The notes: generated by a model not told the origin, from the sequence alone. Shown: positions 25,860 to 35,551, counted from the first letter of the stretch. The stretch is DNA of 64,000 nucleotides from Bordetella parapertussis (GCA_943328975.2 CALQCC020000014.1:15445-79444); one strand, 5' to 3'. Made by a program: numbers and translations.

Positions 25860-27101
25860 TTGCGATCAAACGCCTCATTCTGGGAAGCTGCGCGGGTTGC
25901 GCTGGATTCATTGCGCGGCAGCAAACTGCGAAGTTTCCTCACGCTGCTGGGGATCATTCTTTCCACCACCACACTGATCTCCGTGATGAGCGCCATCAAC
26001 GGACTGGAAGATTACATCGCCAATAGCGCCACCACGATGGGCAACGAAGGCTTTCAAGTGCTGCGGTTCGCTTTCGTGGGCAACTTCGACCCCAAGAAGT
26101 TCCTCGAATACCAGCGCAAGAACCCACAGCTGAAGCCTGAAGAGTTTGAGTACCTCAAGAACAATCTCACCCTGGTGCGGGAAGCCGCGATGGCCATCCA
26201 ACGGGGCGTTCCGGTCACCTACGAAGGCGATCAGGTGCAGGGCGTGGTGTTGTTCGGAAATGCCGACAACGGCGCGATCATGACCAACACCGAAATCGCC
26301 ATGGGCCGCTACTTCACAGACACCGAGGTGCGCCGCAAGGTTCCTGTGGTCTTCATCGGAGCGGACATCAAGGAGCGCTTCTTCCCCTCGGTAGACCCGA
26401 TCGGCAAGCGCCTGGTGGTGGATGGGCGGCCGTTTGACGTGATCGGCGTCGGCAAGCCCAAGGGCAGCTTGTTCGGCAGCTCGCAAGACAACTACATTTC
26501 CATCCCCATTGAGATTTACTTCAAGATGTACGGCTCGCGCACCGGCATCAACTACGCGTTTTTCGCCAAGGATCGCGAGCATATGGCGCAGGCCCAGGAA
26601 GAAGTCGAAGTCCTGTTGCGCGCCTATCGCCATCAGTTGCCGGGCGAGGAGAATACGTTCTCCATCGTTTCCTCAGACACCCTGGTCAGCGCGTTCAATT
26701 CGATTACCGGAGCCATCCAGGGCGCGGCCATTGGCATTGTCAGCGTGTTTATGGTGGTGGGCGGCGTGGTCATCATGAACATCATGCTGGCCGTAGTTTC
26801 GGAACGCACGCGCGAGATTGGCGTTCGCAAGAGCGTGGGCGCACGCAGTCAGGACATCTTGAATCAGTTTCTAGTGGAATCCTCGACGCTTGCCCTCATG
26901 GGCGGATTGATCGGCGTCGGGATTTCGTGGATAGCCTCGGTGATCGTCACGAATGTAGTCGGGTTCCCCATGAAGTTACCGCTGTCCGGCGTTTTGATCG
27001 GCGTGTTTCTTTCCACCGCTGTCGGGCTATTTTTTGGAATCTATCCGGCCCGGCAGGCCGCCAAGTTGGATCCGATTGTTGCATTGCGGGCAGAGAGCTA
27101 A
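25860..27101 (+). CDS. MacB/FtsX-type ABC transporter permease (4 TM with a large periplasmic domain)
   Basis: TTG start. EAARVALDSLRGSKLRSFLTLLGIILSTTTLISV N-terminal helix, MacB_PCD-like middle, C-terminal FtsX motif ERTREIGVRKSVGA...GIYPARQAAKLDPIVALR. Confidence 0.85.
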   Translation: MRSNASFWEAARVALDSLRGSKLRSFLTLLGIILSTTTLISVMSAINGLEDYIANSATTMGNEGFQVLRFAFVGNFDPKKFLEYQRKNPQLKPEEFEYLKNNLTLVREAAMAIQRGVPVTYEGDQVQGVVLFGNADNGAIMTNTEIAMGRYFTDTEVRRKVPVVFIGADIKERFFPSVDPIGKRLVVDGRPFDVIGVGKPKGSLFGSSQDNYISIPIEIYFKMYGSRTGINYAFFAKDREHMAQAQEEVEVLLRAYRHQLPGEENTFSIVSSDTLVSAFNSITGAIQGAAIGIVSVFMVVGGVVIMNIMLAVVSERTREIGVRKSVGARSQDILNQFLVESSTLALMGGLIGVGISWIASVIVTNVVGFPMKLPLSGVLIGVFLSTAVGLFFGIYPARQAAKLDPIVALRAES

Positions 27102-27104
27102 ACG

Positions 27105-28334
27105 ATGAAACTACTTCTTTCCATCATTGGCCTGGCCCTGGCGACCGTGCGTGAGAATAAAGCCCGCTCGTTACTGACCGTGCTCGGCGTTGTCATCGGC
27201 ACCAGCACGATCATCGCCGTCGGCTCCATCATGGCGGGCATCGACGGAACCGTCACTGGAGTCATTCGCAGCTTCGGGACCAACACAGTGTTGGTCACGC
27301 GGCAAGGTGCATTCGGCGGCAATCGGAATGCGGATGAGCGCCAGCGCAAGCCCATCACCTTTGAAGAGGCCAGGGCCATCGAAGAGCGCAGTCCGTCAGT
27401 GGAATATGTAAGTCCGATCCTGAGCCCCCAGGGCGCCGGAATTTTGCGAGCACGCTACAAGGGCAATGAGATGCTGCAGTTGCAGTTCCGCGGCACCGAC
27501 GAACATTACGGCGACACCGGCAGCGTCGATCTGCGCGAGGGCCGATTCTTTACCGAAACGGAAAATCGCCGCCGGGTGATGGTGGCGATCCTGGGCGCGG
27601 ACGCCTACAAGTCGTTGTTCGGTAGCGAGGCCGCGTTGGGCAAGATTATCACTGTGGCTGGCCAGCAGTTCGAGGTTATCGGTCTGATGAACAAGCCGGC
27701 CACCGCGCTCCCCGGCCAAAGCGACAACCAAATTATCATTCCGTATTTCGTGATGCGCAAGATGTTCCCGAACTCGCGCGACCACACTCTGATGGTGAAA
27801 GCCCGCGAAGGGAGACTGGCTGCGGCCACCGACGAAGCTCGCATCGTTTTACGGCAAGAACGCCGCGACGGCTACTCCGCGCCGGACAGCTTCTCCATGT
27901 CGACCTCGGACCAATTGGTGGAACAGTTCCGCTCTATCACCGCGGCGGTCGCCGTGGGACTCGTCGTCATGAGTTCCATCGGACTTCTGGTGGGCGGCAT
28001 CGGCGTGATGAACATCATGCTGGTGTCCGTGACCGAGCGCACGCGCGAGATAGGCATCCGCAAAGCGATCGGAGCCCGGCGTAGCGACATCGTGATGCAG
28101 TTCCTCACCGAAGCCGTCGTACTGACGGGCATGGGAGGAATGCTCGGGATGCTGCTGGGCTGGGGCGTGAGCCTGATCGTGCATGCCGCGATGCCTACTC
28201 TGCCCACCGCAGTGCCCACTTGGGCCGTAATCGCCGGCATCGGCGTCAGCGTTGGGATCGGCCTCTTCTTCGGCATCTGGCCCGCGAGCAAAGCAGCTCG
28301 ACTGGATCCCGTGGACGCTCTGCGCTACGAGTAA
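27105..28334 (+). CDS. MacB/FtsX-type ABC transporter permease (second copy)
   Basis: MKLLLSIIGLALATVRENKARSLLTVLGVVIGTSTIIAV..., ERTREIGIRKAIGA...GIWPASKAARLDPVDALRYE. 3-nt gap from the first copy. Confidence 0.9.
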   Translation: MKLLLSIIGLALATVRENKARSLLTVLGVVIGTSTIIAVGSIMAGIDGTVTGVIRSFGTNTVLVTRQGAFGGNRNADERQRKPITFEEARAIEERSPSVEYVSPILSPQGAGILRARYKGNEMLQLQFRGTDEHYGDTGSVDLREGRFFTETENRRRVMVAILGADAYKSLFGSEAALGKIITVAGQQFEVIGLMNKPATALPGQSDNQIIIPYFVMRKMFPNSRDHTLMVKAREGRLAAATDEARIVLRQERRDGYSAPDSFSMSTSDQLVEQFRSITAAVAVGLVVMSSIGLLVGGIGVMNIMLVSVTERTREIGIRKAIGARRSDIVMQFLTEAVVLTGMGGMLGMLLGWGVSLIVHAAMPTLPTAVPTWAVIAGIGVSVGIGLFFGIWPASKAARLDPVDALRYE

Positions 28335-28756
28335 CTAGGGAGCAACAGGACGTCCGGATGCACTGTTGCGAGGGCTTCGTCCATGGTCGCGAGTACTCCG
28401 TGATGCCGCTTGGCCAGTGCTACCAAATATGCGTCCGTCACTTGGCGGTAACCGTTGACGCCTTTTTCCGGGATCGCGATGAAACTCACATCGTCCGCCC
28501 AAAACTCATGCGACGGCATCGCGATGAAACCCGCCAGCATGTCTTTGGCTGCGGTGATCGTCGGCGTCCCGGCTAGTCGCAAATAGTAGCGTAACAATGC
28601 GCCCTGCGTAATTGGACAAGTTGCAAACCGCGTGTCCCGCCGGAACCAGCTGTCGGCCCGATCGTGCGATGTGTGGTTCAAATCCGCTAGAGCGATCAAA
28701 ACATTCGCGTCTAACAGGTAGACGCTATTCGTCATCATCCCGCGCTGCCATGACAT
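28325..28756 (-). CDS. vapC: PIN-domain toxin (VapC-like)
   Basis: VYLLDANVLIAL...TCPITQGALLRY...VTDAYLVALAKRHHGVLATMD shows the PIN acidic-residue pattern. The true start is probably Met at 28738 or 28735 rather than 28756. It overlaps the vapB 3' end. Confidence 0.8.
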   Translation of the reverse strand: MSWQRGMMTNSVYLLDANVLIALADLNHTSHDRADSWFRRDTRFATCPITQGALLRYYLRLAGTPTITAAKDMLAGFIAMPSHEFWADDVSFIAIPEKGVNGYRQVTDAYLVALAKRHHGVLATMDEALATVHPDVLLLPSYS

Positions 28757-28955
28757 CCTCGGATGTCGTTCGCCTTACCGAACGAAAGGTGGGATAGAAT
28801 GCGTTTGGGTCCGCAGGTCCCGGCGATGGCGGTTGGCCACCTAAGTGCCCTGTAATAAAGTCACTAACTACGCTTCCCAGACTACGATGCTGCTCTCGAG
28901 CCACCGTCTTCGCGATTTGGTACGCGTCGTCCGAAATGTCTAGCGTGGTACGCAT
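28725..28955 (-). CDS. vapB: Type II antitoxin (VapB-like, 76 aa)
   Basis: The internal ATG at 28955 gives MRTTLDISDDAYQIAKTVAREQHRSLGSVVSDFI..., the typical antitoxin N-terminus, directly upstream of and overlapping the PIN gene. The longer track ORF runs into the upstream gene. Confidence 0.65.
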   Translation of the reverse strand: MRTTLDISDDAYQIAKTVAREQHRSLGSVVSDFITGHLGGQPPSPGPADPNAFYPTFRSVRRTTSEDVMAARDDDE

Positions 28956-28978
28956 AATCGCATCATAGCACCAACACA

Positions 28979-31174
28979 TCAAGATGCTTGCGCTAACTCC
29001 AACGCCCGAGCTTTTACGCCCCGCAGATCCAACTTGCCCGTCCCGAGCACCGGAAGCGACTCCACGAAGTGGATATCGGCCTGCTTCGGAATCCACAGCT
29101 TCGGCAGATCCGTCTCCCCCAGCCGCCGCCACACTTCCTCCGGCGTAACGTCCTGCGCGGTGTACAGCAGCGCCAGGCGCTCGCCCTTACGTTCATCGGG
29201 CAGACCCGTCACCGCGCACGGAGCGTCACCCATGAGCGCGCTGGCGACCTCCTCGATCTTCAAGTGGGGCACCATCTCGCCGCCGATCTTCGAGAACCGA
29301 GCGAGCCGGTCGGTGATGCGGATGAAGCCGTCTTCGTCCACGGTCGCGATGTCTCCGGTGATGTACCAGCCGTCATGCATGGCCTCGGCGGTCTTCTCCG
29401 GCTGATTCAGATACCCGAGCATCACGTTCGGACCGCGGATCTCCAGCAAGCCCTCATGGCCGATGGGGAGCGGCTCCTGTGTATCGATATCCACCGTGCG
29501 CGCCGAGACGCCGGGCAGCGGCAGACCAACGGTACCGATCTTGTTGCCCACCTGTGTCTCGTGCGAAAACGAAAAGTCGGGCGTGTTGATCGCGACCACA
29601 GGCGATAGCTCCGTGCAGCCGTAACCTTCGAGCAGCTCTTTGCCGAAGACCTCGAAAAACTCCTTGCGTAGCGCGTCGCGCAATTTCTCCGCCCCCACCA
29701 CGCAGTAGCGTAGAGAGGCGAACTGCTCCGCCGTGCACTTGCGCGTGAACGTGCCGCAGAACGTGGGAGTCGCCAGCAGGAACGTGCCCTTGTATTTGTG
29801 GACCAACTCGCCGATGGCTTTGGCATCGGTTGGCACTGGATGATAGACCACGCCGCAGCCGGCCAGGATCGGCAACCACACAGTGGCCATGAAGCCGAAA
29901 GAGTGGAAGAACGGCAGGATGCCGATGATGCGATCCTTGTCATCCAGATTGAATACTTCCAGCACCGCGTCGCAATTCGAAACGATATTGAAGTGCGACA
30001 GCATCACTCCCTTGGGGACGCCGGTGCTGCCGCTGGAGAATATAACGGTGGCGAGCGAATCCGGCTTGACCGACGGCCGCAACCACGATTGCGGTAGGAG
30101 ACGCGCCTTCAGCAGCGCAACCAACTTCGCGGCACTACCGAATTCCTTCAACAAGTCTTCGATATAGACGGCTCCGGCCGGTTCGTCGAGTTTAGCCTTG
30201 GCGAGGAAGGTCTTCGACGTGATGACAGTGCGGATCTTGCACTGCGCCACGGCGGCATCCATCGCATCTTTACCCGCGGTGAAATTCAGATTCACGGGAG
30301 TCTTGCCTGCCAGCGATACACCCAAATTCGCCAGTGCGCCGCCGACGGTAGCCGGCATCAGGACCCCGACCATCGCGTCCTGTCCCGTGCGCTGGCGAAC
30401 CACGCCAGCCAACAGCAACGATGCGATGAGTGCCTTCCCGTATGTCAGCTCGCGGCCGGTTGAATCCGCCATCGCGAACTTACCCCAATTCGCGCGCGCC
30501 GTTCGGATGAAGCGGGCGGGCAGAGTGTCGCCGGCTTCCGCACGCAGAGGGAAGGAATCGCTCGCGAGCTCCGCCGACGCGTGCCGGACCACAGGCGCGG
30601 GTGTTGAGGCTGGCAGAGGCTTCCCGAATCGCACGGTAACAGGCCAGCGCCACCGCGAAGGCCAGCCGCCGAAGCCGCCGCCCTCGAAACTGAACAACCC
30701 GCCCCACACGCGATCCAAATTGGCTGGGATCACGGGAACGTCCAGACCCGCCAGCACCTTTTCCATCCCACGCTTGAACGGTAGTAAATGACCCGTGCGA
30801 CTCACCGAGCCTTCCGCGAAGATACACACCACGTGCCCCGCTTCCAGCTCCGCGCGTGCTGCCTTCAAAGCGCCCACCAGATCTCGCGGACCCGACGTCC
30901 CAATCGGGATCGCCTTCAAGGACCGCAGGAACGCTCCGGATACCGGATGTTCATAGTAGGGCCGGAAAATCATAAACCGCACGCGCCGGTGCCGCGCGGC
31001 CCACCCGACGAGAAAACCATCCATCAAGGAGAGGTGATTGGAGATGATCAGCGCAGGGCCGGTCTTCGGAACGTACTCTTTTCCAATGATTCGGAAGCGA
31101 TAAAGCGACAGCACCAGGGCACGGATCCCCAAGCGGACCAACGGAAGAGGGATCTCAAACGGCATAAAAGGCAT
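28979..31174 (-). CDS. Bifunctional lysophospholipid acyltransferase / acyl-(ACP or CoA) synthetase, Aas-like
   Basis: 731 aa. The N-terminal PlsC-type HX4D motif (NHLSLMDG), AMP-binding motif FSSGSTGVPKGV and C-terminal GDIA..DEDGF..I.DR give the same architecture and size as E. coli Aas. Confidence 0.8.
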   Translation of the reverse strand: MPFMPFEIPLPLVRLGIRALVLSLYRFRIIGKEYVPKTGPALIISNHLSLMDGFLVGWAARHRRVRFMIFRPYYEHPVSGAFLRSLKAIPIGTSGPRDLVGALKAARAELEAGHVVCIFAEGSVSRTGHLLPFKRGMEKVLAGLDVPVIPANLDRVWGGLFSFEGGGFGGWPSRWRWPVTVRFGKPLPASTPAPVVRHASAELASDSFPLRAEAGDTLPARFIRTARANWGKFAMADSTGRELTYGKALIASLLLAGVVRQRTGQDAMVGVLMPATVGGALANLGVSLAGKTPVNLNFTAGKDAMDAAVAQCKIRTVITSKTFLAKAKLDEPAGAVYIEDLLKEFGSAAKLVALLKARLLPQSWLRPSVKPDSLATVIFSSGSTGVPKGVMLSHFNIVSNCDAVLEVFNLDDKDRIIGILPFFHSFGFMATVWLPILAGCGVVYHPVPTDAKAIGELVHKYKGTFLLATPTFCGTFTRKCTAEQFASLRYCVVGAEKLRDALRKEFFEVFGKELLEGYGCTELSPVVAINTPDFSFSHETQVGNKIGTVGLPLPGVSARTVDIDTQEPLPIGHEGLLEIRGPNVMLGYLNQPEKTAEAMHDGWYITGDIATVDEDGFIRITDRLARFSKIGGEMVPHLKIEEVASALMGDAPCAVTGLPDERKGERLALLYTAQDVTPEEVWRRLGETDLPKLWIPKQADIHFVESLPVLGTGKLDLRGVKARALELAQAS

Positions 31175-31304
31175 GATCCGTGGCGGCGGGTGGGATTGTC
31201 AAGGAGACCTGAGGAAGTAGTACGTAGATCGGTATTGAATAGTAGGTGCGAATTCTTCACGGCGCTTGTGCTTCGATTGCTAAGCTTGCAGTGGAAGGTC
31301 ATTT

Positions 31305-32798
31305 ATGCGCGCACTATTTTCACTCATCGTTTTATCGGCGGCACTCAGCCAAGCCCAGAACGCAGTACAGGTCTCGAACTATCTCTTTCAGGGCACCTTG
31401 AATCCGCAACGCACGGGGAGCGCGCCCCTGACGGCGTCCAATCCCAGCGGGAATAATCGGTTCGTGACGGACACGGTGTTCGGGCAGACCCGCACGGTCT
31501 ATGACATTACCGGCTCGCGCAGCCCTCTTTCTGCCCAAGGCGGACTCACCTACCAGGCGAAGAACAAAGTCCCACGCGACAGCTACTCCATGGAATTGAT
31601 CTTCAAAATGGATGCCGCAAGCACCGGCTGGCGCCGTATCTATGGTTGCGTCAATCTCACGCGCAGCGAGGGCCTGTATCTGGACCCGTCCGGATACTTG
31701 GCCTACTACTCAGGCGTCAGCAGCACGGCCAACGACAAACTCGCCGCAGGGACCTACTACCACGTGATCATGGTGAAGAAGCCGGGTGAAGTGCTCCTTT
31801 ATGTCAACGGTGTCCTGGTAGCCTCCCGCACGGACGGAACTTCGCTGGGAGTCATGGACGCGGCGCTCAATCCCGAGCAGTTGGTCCAGCTGTTTCTCGA
31901 TGACGACACCTTCGAATGGGCCCCGGCCCGTATCGCTCTGTTCCGCGCCTATGCGGGACCGCTCTCCGCAGCCGAAGTGCGTGACATCTACGCCGCGCCC
32001 TTCACCTCGACGGTCGGCTTGCCGAGCCCCGGCTTCCAGAGCTCCGGAATCGTGAATAGCGCATCGTACTCTCCCGCCAATGCGATCACGCCCGGCGGCT
32101 TCTTCACGATCTTCGGCACGGACCTGGGCGACGATTACAGTGACTGGAGCCAGTCGTTCGTCAACAACTTCGCGCCGCGCCGCTTGAACAACGTCCGCGT
32201 GCTTGTGAATGGTCAGGAAGCGTTCATCTCCTTCGTAAGCTCGGCTCAGATCAACGCCATCGCGCCGGACAATATCCTAGACGGTCCAGCGACCGTGGTG
32301 GTCGAATACAGCAACTTGCGCAGCACCACGGTATCCACTCAGTCGCGGCAGATCAACCCCGCGGTGTTCCGCTTCACTCCGCAGAACAGCCGCTATCTAG
32401 CCTCCACCGCCAATGACGGGAGCGCCTATATTGGACCGGCAAACCTCTTTGACACCAATGGCGTCTTGAACGGCCTGGCCCTGCGCCCGGCGCGTCCTGG
32501 CGAATACATTGTCGTGTACGGCACCGGCCTAGGTCCAACGAATCCTCCGGTACCTGCCGGACAAATTCCACCGGCCCTCAACGGAGGTCATCCGCTTACC
32601 AGCCCTTCGGAAATCCGGCTCACCCTGAACGGTCAGACCACCTCGGTGGTTCCGGCTTACTCTGGATTGTCTGGTTTCCCGGGGCTCCATCAGTTGGTGT
32701 TCCTGGTTCCGAACATCCCAAATGGCGATTACGAAACGGTCCTAGTGGTCAACGGGCTGGCTTCTCCCGGCGGCACGTTCTTGCCCATCAGCCGGTAG
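31305..32798 (+). CDS. Exported LamG-like domain protein with a Solibacter-type C-terminal domain (TIGR03437-like, from memory)
   Basis: Signal peptide. LamG-like YYHVIMVKKPGEVLLYVNGVLV. The C-terminal half has IVNSASYSPANAITPGGFFTIFGTDLG ... AQINAIAP ... YIVVYGTGLGPTNPPV ... GLHQLVFLVPN. Confidence 0.75.
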   Translation: MRALFSLIVLSAALSQAQNAVQVSNYLFQGTLNPQRTGSAPLTASNPSGNNRFVTDTVFGQTRTVYDITGSRSPLSAQGGLTYQAKNKVPRDSYSMELIFKMDAASTGWRRIYGCVNLTRSEGLYLDPSGYLAYYSGVSSTANDKLAAGTYYHVIMVKKPGEVLLYVNGVLVASRTDGTSLGVMDAALNPEQLVQLFLDDDTFEWAPARIALFRAYAGPLSAAEVRDIYAAPFTSTVGLPSPGFQSSGIVNSASYSPANAITPGGFFTIFGTDLGDDYSDWSQSFVNNFAPRRLNNVRVLVNGQEAFISFVSSAQINAIAPDNILDGPATVVVEYSNLRSTTVSTQSRQINPAVFRFTPQNSRYLASTANDGSAYIGPANLFDTNGVLNGLALRPARPGEYIVVYGTGLGPTNPPVPAGQIPPALNGGHPLTSPSEIRLTLNGQTTSVVPAYSGLSGFPGLHQLVFLVPNIPNGDYETVLVVNGLASPGGTFLPISR

Positions 32799-32873
32799 CT
32801 GGCCGGGGTCGGCGTTTGTCAATCCACCCAGTAGCAGCTTATCCTCGTAAGAGCAGCAGAGGGAAAGAGGTTA

Positions 32874-33746
32874 TTGTTGAAATCCACGTTTTGGATTGGT
32901 TCGCTATTATTGTGTTCGCTCGCAGCAGGCCAACAGCCGGCCCAGCAGGCTCCGCCGCCGACCCCGGCTCCTGCCCCGGCCACCACGAAGCCCGCGCCTG
33001 TTCCGCAAGCTGCGCCACCTCGTGAAGGTATTGAGGACATGTTTTCCATCAGCGCGTTTTACTGGCGGCCGAACGTCGGCCAACCCGGTTTCCGCGCTGG
33101 AAAATTCGTCGCTGACCCCACATCGGGATTTCTGGACTTCCCCAGTAATCCCAATCGCGCCAACGGAGCCATGATCACCTTCCCCACCGGTGGCTTCAAT
33201 CGTCTGGAGATCGGCTACTGGCGCGTCAATGATTCCGGCGACGTCCGCGCTCCAGCGAAGTTGGCGATGTTCGGAGCGAATATTCCGGCCAACGGCCTAC
33301 TCAACACCCAATACAAGATCAGCAACATCCGCGCGTCCTGGAACTATCTATCTTTCCCCGTGCCTGTGTATGATGCCAAGCTGCGCCTGAAGTCATTTTG
33401 GGAAGTGCAGTACACCAAGTTTCTGCCCACTATCGGCTTCCCCGAGATCAAGAACAATCCAGCTCCGATTCAGCCCAAGCAGTCGGTCATCTACCCTGGC
33501 GTCGGCCTCGGACTGGAATACGTGGCTTCGCGCCATTTCCGTCTGGAAGCGCGCGGTTCCGGCATGACCCTGCCCGGGAAATCGGGCTATTACGATGTCG
33601 AAGCCTCCGCCGTGGGGCGCGTCAGCAAGGTGGAGATTTTTGGCGGCATCAAGGGCTTCCACTTCCACACGACGTCAAAGGCTGAGACTTACCTCACCAG
33701 CACAATGTGGGGACCCATGGTGGGTCTGCGCTGGGTATTCCGCTAG
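32874..33746 (+). CDS. Probable outer-membrane beta-barrel protein (hypothetical)
   Basis: TTG start, signal peptide, Pro/Ala-rich linker, then alternating hydrophobic beta-strand pattern ending ...GLRWVFR. Confidence 0.6.
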   Translation: MLKSTFWIGSLLLCSLAAGQQPAQQAPPPTPAPAPATTKPAPVPQAAPPREGIEDMFSISAFYWRPNVGQPGFRAGKFVADPTSGFLDFPSNPNRANGAMITFPTGGFNRLEIGYWRVNDSGDVRAPAKLAMFGANIPANGLLNTQYKISNIRASWNYLSFPVPVYDAKLRLKSFWEVQYTKFLPTIGFPEIKNNPAPIQPKQSVIYPGVGLGLEYVASRHFRLEARGSGMTLPGKSGYYDVEASAVGRVSKVEIFGGIKGFHFHTTSKAETYLTSTMWGPMVGLRWVFR

Positions 33747-34624
33747 ACCAGGCGCGAACGTAGCAGTATCCACATTTTTTCCCAGGTGGGAACGCGGACC
33801 CGTTGCGACAACACGTCGTAATCCGCTGCGATGATTTTGTCGAGCAGGCGCGAGTAAATCCCGATCATCGCGCGCAGCGACGCTCGGCTGCCTGCGTGGA
33901 CCATTCCGACCAGCGGTGCGGATTCCTGATAGTAGGCCCGCGCGCGTTGGGCTTGGAACGCCAACATGTTTCTGAGCGCGGGCGTCAGTGTTTTGCTGCG
34001 AAGCTCCGCAGGAGTAACCCCGAAGCGTGCCAGGTCTTCGGCCGGCCAATAGATGCGGTCGTTTTCAGCATCTTCCCGAACATCCCGCAGGATGTTGGTC
34101 AACTGGAACGCAATACCGCATTTCTCGGCCAGCTTCAATGCCGCGGGTGAGTCGAAACCGAATACGTGGATGATCGTAAGCCCGACCACGCTGGCCACGT
34201 GATAGCAGTAGTCGTACAACTGGTCGAAGGTGTCGATCTTGCGCGGCTCCAGATCCGAACTGACGCCGGTGATCATGTCGTGGAAATATTGGTGCGGGAT
34301 CTTGTAGCGCGCGACGGCATCGGCGAACGCGGGCCATAACGCCGCGGCAGCGGAAGATGACTTTACCGGCGGCTTCCCCGCAAGCGTTGCGGTTAGATCC
34401 GCACTCCAGCCTGCGATGGCTGCGGCCCTATCCGCGATGCCCGCGTCGTCACTCAGATCGTCGCAGTAGCGCATGAACGCGTAGATGGCGCACATGGCTC
34501 GGCGTTGGTCGCGCGACAGCAGCAGGAACGTGACGTAGAAATTCTTGGCCTGGGACCGCGCTACGCCTTCGCAAAAGGCATAGGATTCGTCCACACTGAT
34601 CACAGCACTGATCACGGCGTTCAT
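33743..34624 (-). CDS. hpnD: Presqualene diphosphate synthase (squalene/phytoene synthase family)
   Basis: AKNFYVTFLLLSRDQRRAMCAIYAFMRYCDDLSDD and LTNILRDVREDAENDRIYWP are the two Asp-rich SQS_PSY motifs. Its ATGA start overlaps the hpnC stop. Confidence 0.85.
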   Translation of the reverse strand: MNAVISAVISVDESYAFCEGVARSQAKNFYVTFLLLSRDQRRAMCAIYAFMRYCDDLSDDAGIADRAAAIAGWSADLTATLAGKPPVKSSSAAAALWPAFADAVARYKIPHQYFHDMITGVSSDLEPRKIDTFDQLYDYCYHVASVVGLTIIHVFGFDSPAALKLAEKCGIAFQLTNILRDVREDAENDRIYWPAEDLARFGVTPAELRSKTLTPALRNMLAFQAQRARAYYQESAPLVGMVHAGSRASLRAMIGIYSRLLDKIIAADYDVLSQRVRVPTWEKMWILLRSRLV

Positions 34625-35538
34625 GCTGCCCGTGTAAACGCCCTGCGGCGCAGAGCCCCTATCAGCAATCCGACGCGCTCCAGTTTCGATACCGAGGGGC
34701 GCGAGGTCAGGACGTCGAAGCCTTGCTGCTCAATCTTGTCGAGTACTCGCATTCCACCGCGGCTGAATAGTTCCAGGTCAATCGAGAGGCGACGGTCCAC
34801 GCGATCGGCTAACGGCAGTCCCTTGATGAACAGCGCTCGCGCAACCTCAACAGCTTCACGCATCGCCGCCCGGAAGCGATCGTCGAAGCGCCGCTCAAAA
34901 AGAGCCTCCACCGGATATCTGTGGGCTTCGAGTAAGCCGACAGGGATGTACACGCGATCTTTCAGTAAATCCACGGTCACATCCTGCCAGAAATTTGCGA
35001 GTTGTAGCGCCGTGCATGTCGCATCCGACAACGCGTAACGTTCTTCATCCCGATATCCGCACAAACCCAACACCAAACGTCCCACTGGATTCGCCGAATA
35101 CTTGCAGTAATCGAACAGGTGCTCAAAATCCCGATAGCGCGTCACCGTCTGATCCTGCTCAAACGCGTGAACTAGATCCGCGAACGGAGTGACCGGTAAC
35201 TGGCAACGCTGTGCCGTGCCCTGCAGCGCGACGAACACAGGATGCTTCGGTGGCGCCCCGGCGAACATCGCATGCAGTTCTTCACGCCACCATGCGAGCA
35301 GCCGTAGGCTCTCTGCCGTATCGCCGATCTCGTCGCCTAAATCGTCCGCCCAACGGCAGAACGAATAGACGTTGTAGAAATCCTGATGCAAACGCTTGGG
35401 CAGCAAGAAGCTGACCACCTGAAAATTTTCGTAGTGATGGGTCGCCAGCCAGCGCGTGTATTGGAGCGACTCTTCCAGGGTCCAGACGCGACTCATCGCC
35501 TCGGGCGATGCAAGGAATGCGGTTGGTTGCAGGAACAC
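34621..35538 (-). CDS. hpnC: Hydroxysqualene synthase (squalene synthase HpnC type)
   Basis: THHYENFQVVSFLLPKRLHQDFYNVYSFCRWADDLGDE and LANFWQDVTVDLLKDRVYIP, positioned immediately upstream of hpnD. Confidence 0.85.
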   Translation of the reverse strand: MFLQPTAFLASPEAMSRVWTLEESLQYTRWLATHHYENFQVVSFLLPKRLHQDFYNVYSFCRWADDLGDEIGDTAESLRLLAWWREELHAMFAGAPPKHPVFVALQGTAQRCQLPVTPFADLVHAFEQDQTVTRYRDFEHLFDYCKYSANPVGRLVLGLCGYRDEERYALSDATCTALQLANFWQDVTVDLLKDRVYIPVGLLEAHRYPVEALFERRFDDRFRAAMREAVEVARALFIKGLPLADRVDRRLSIDLELFSRGGMRVLDKIEQQGFDVLTSRPSVSKLERVGLLIGALRRRAFTRAA

Positions 35539-35551
35539 GGGAGTTCCGGGG

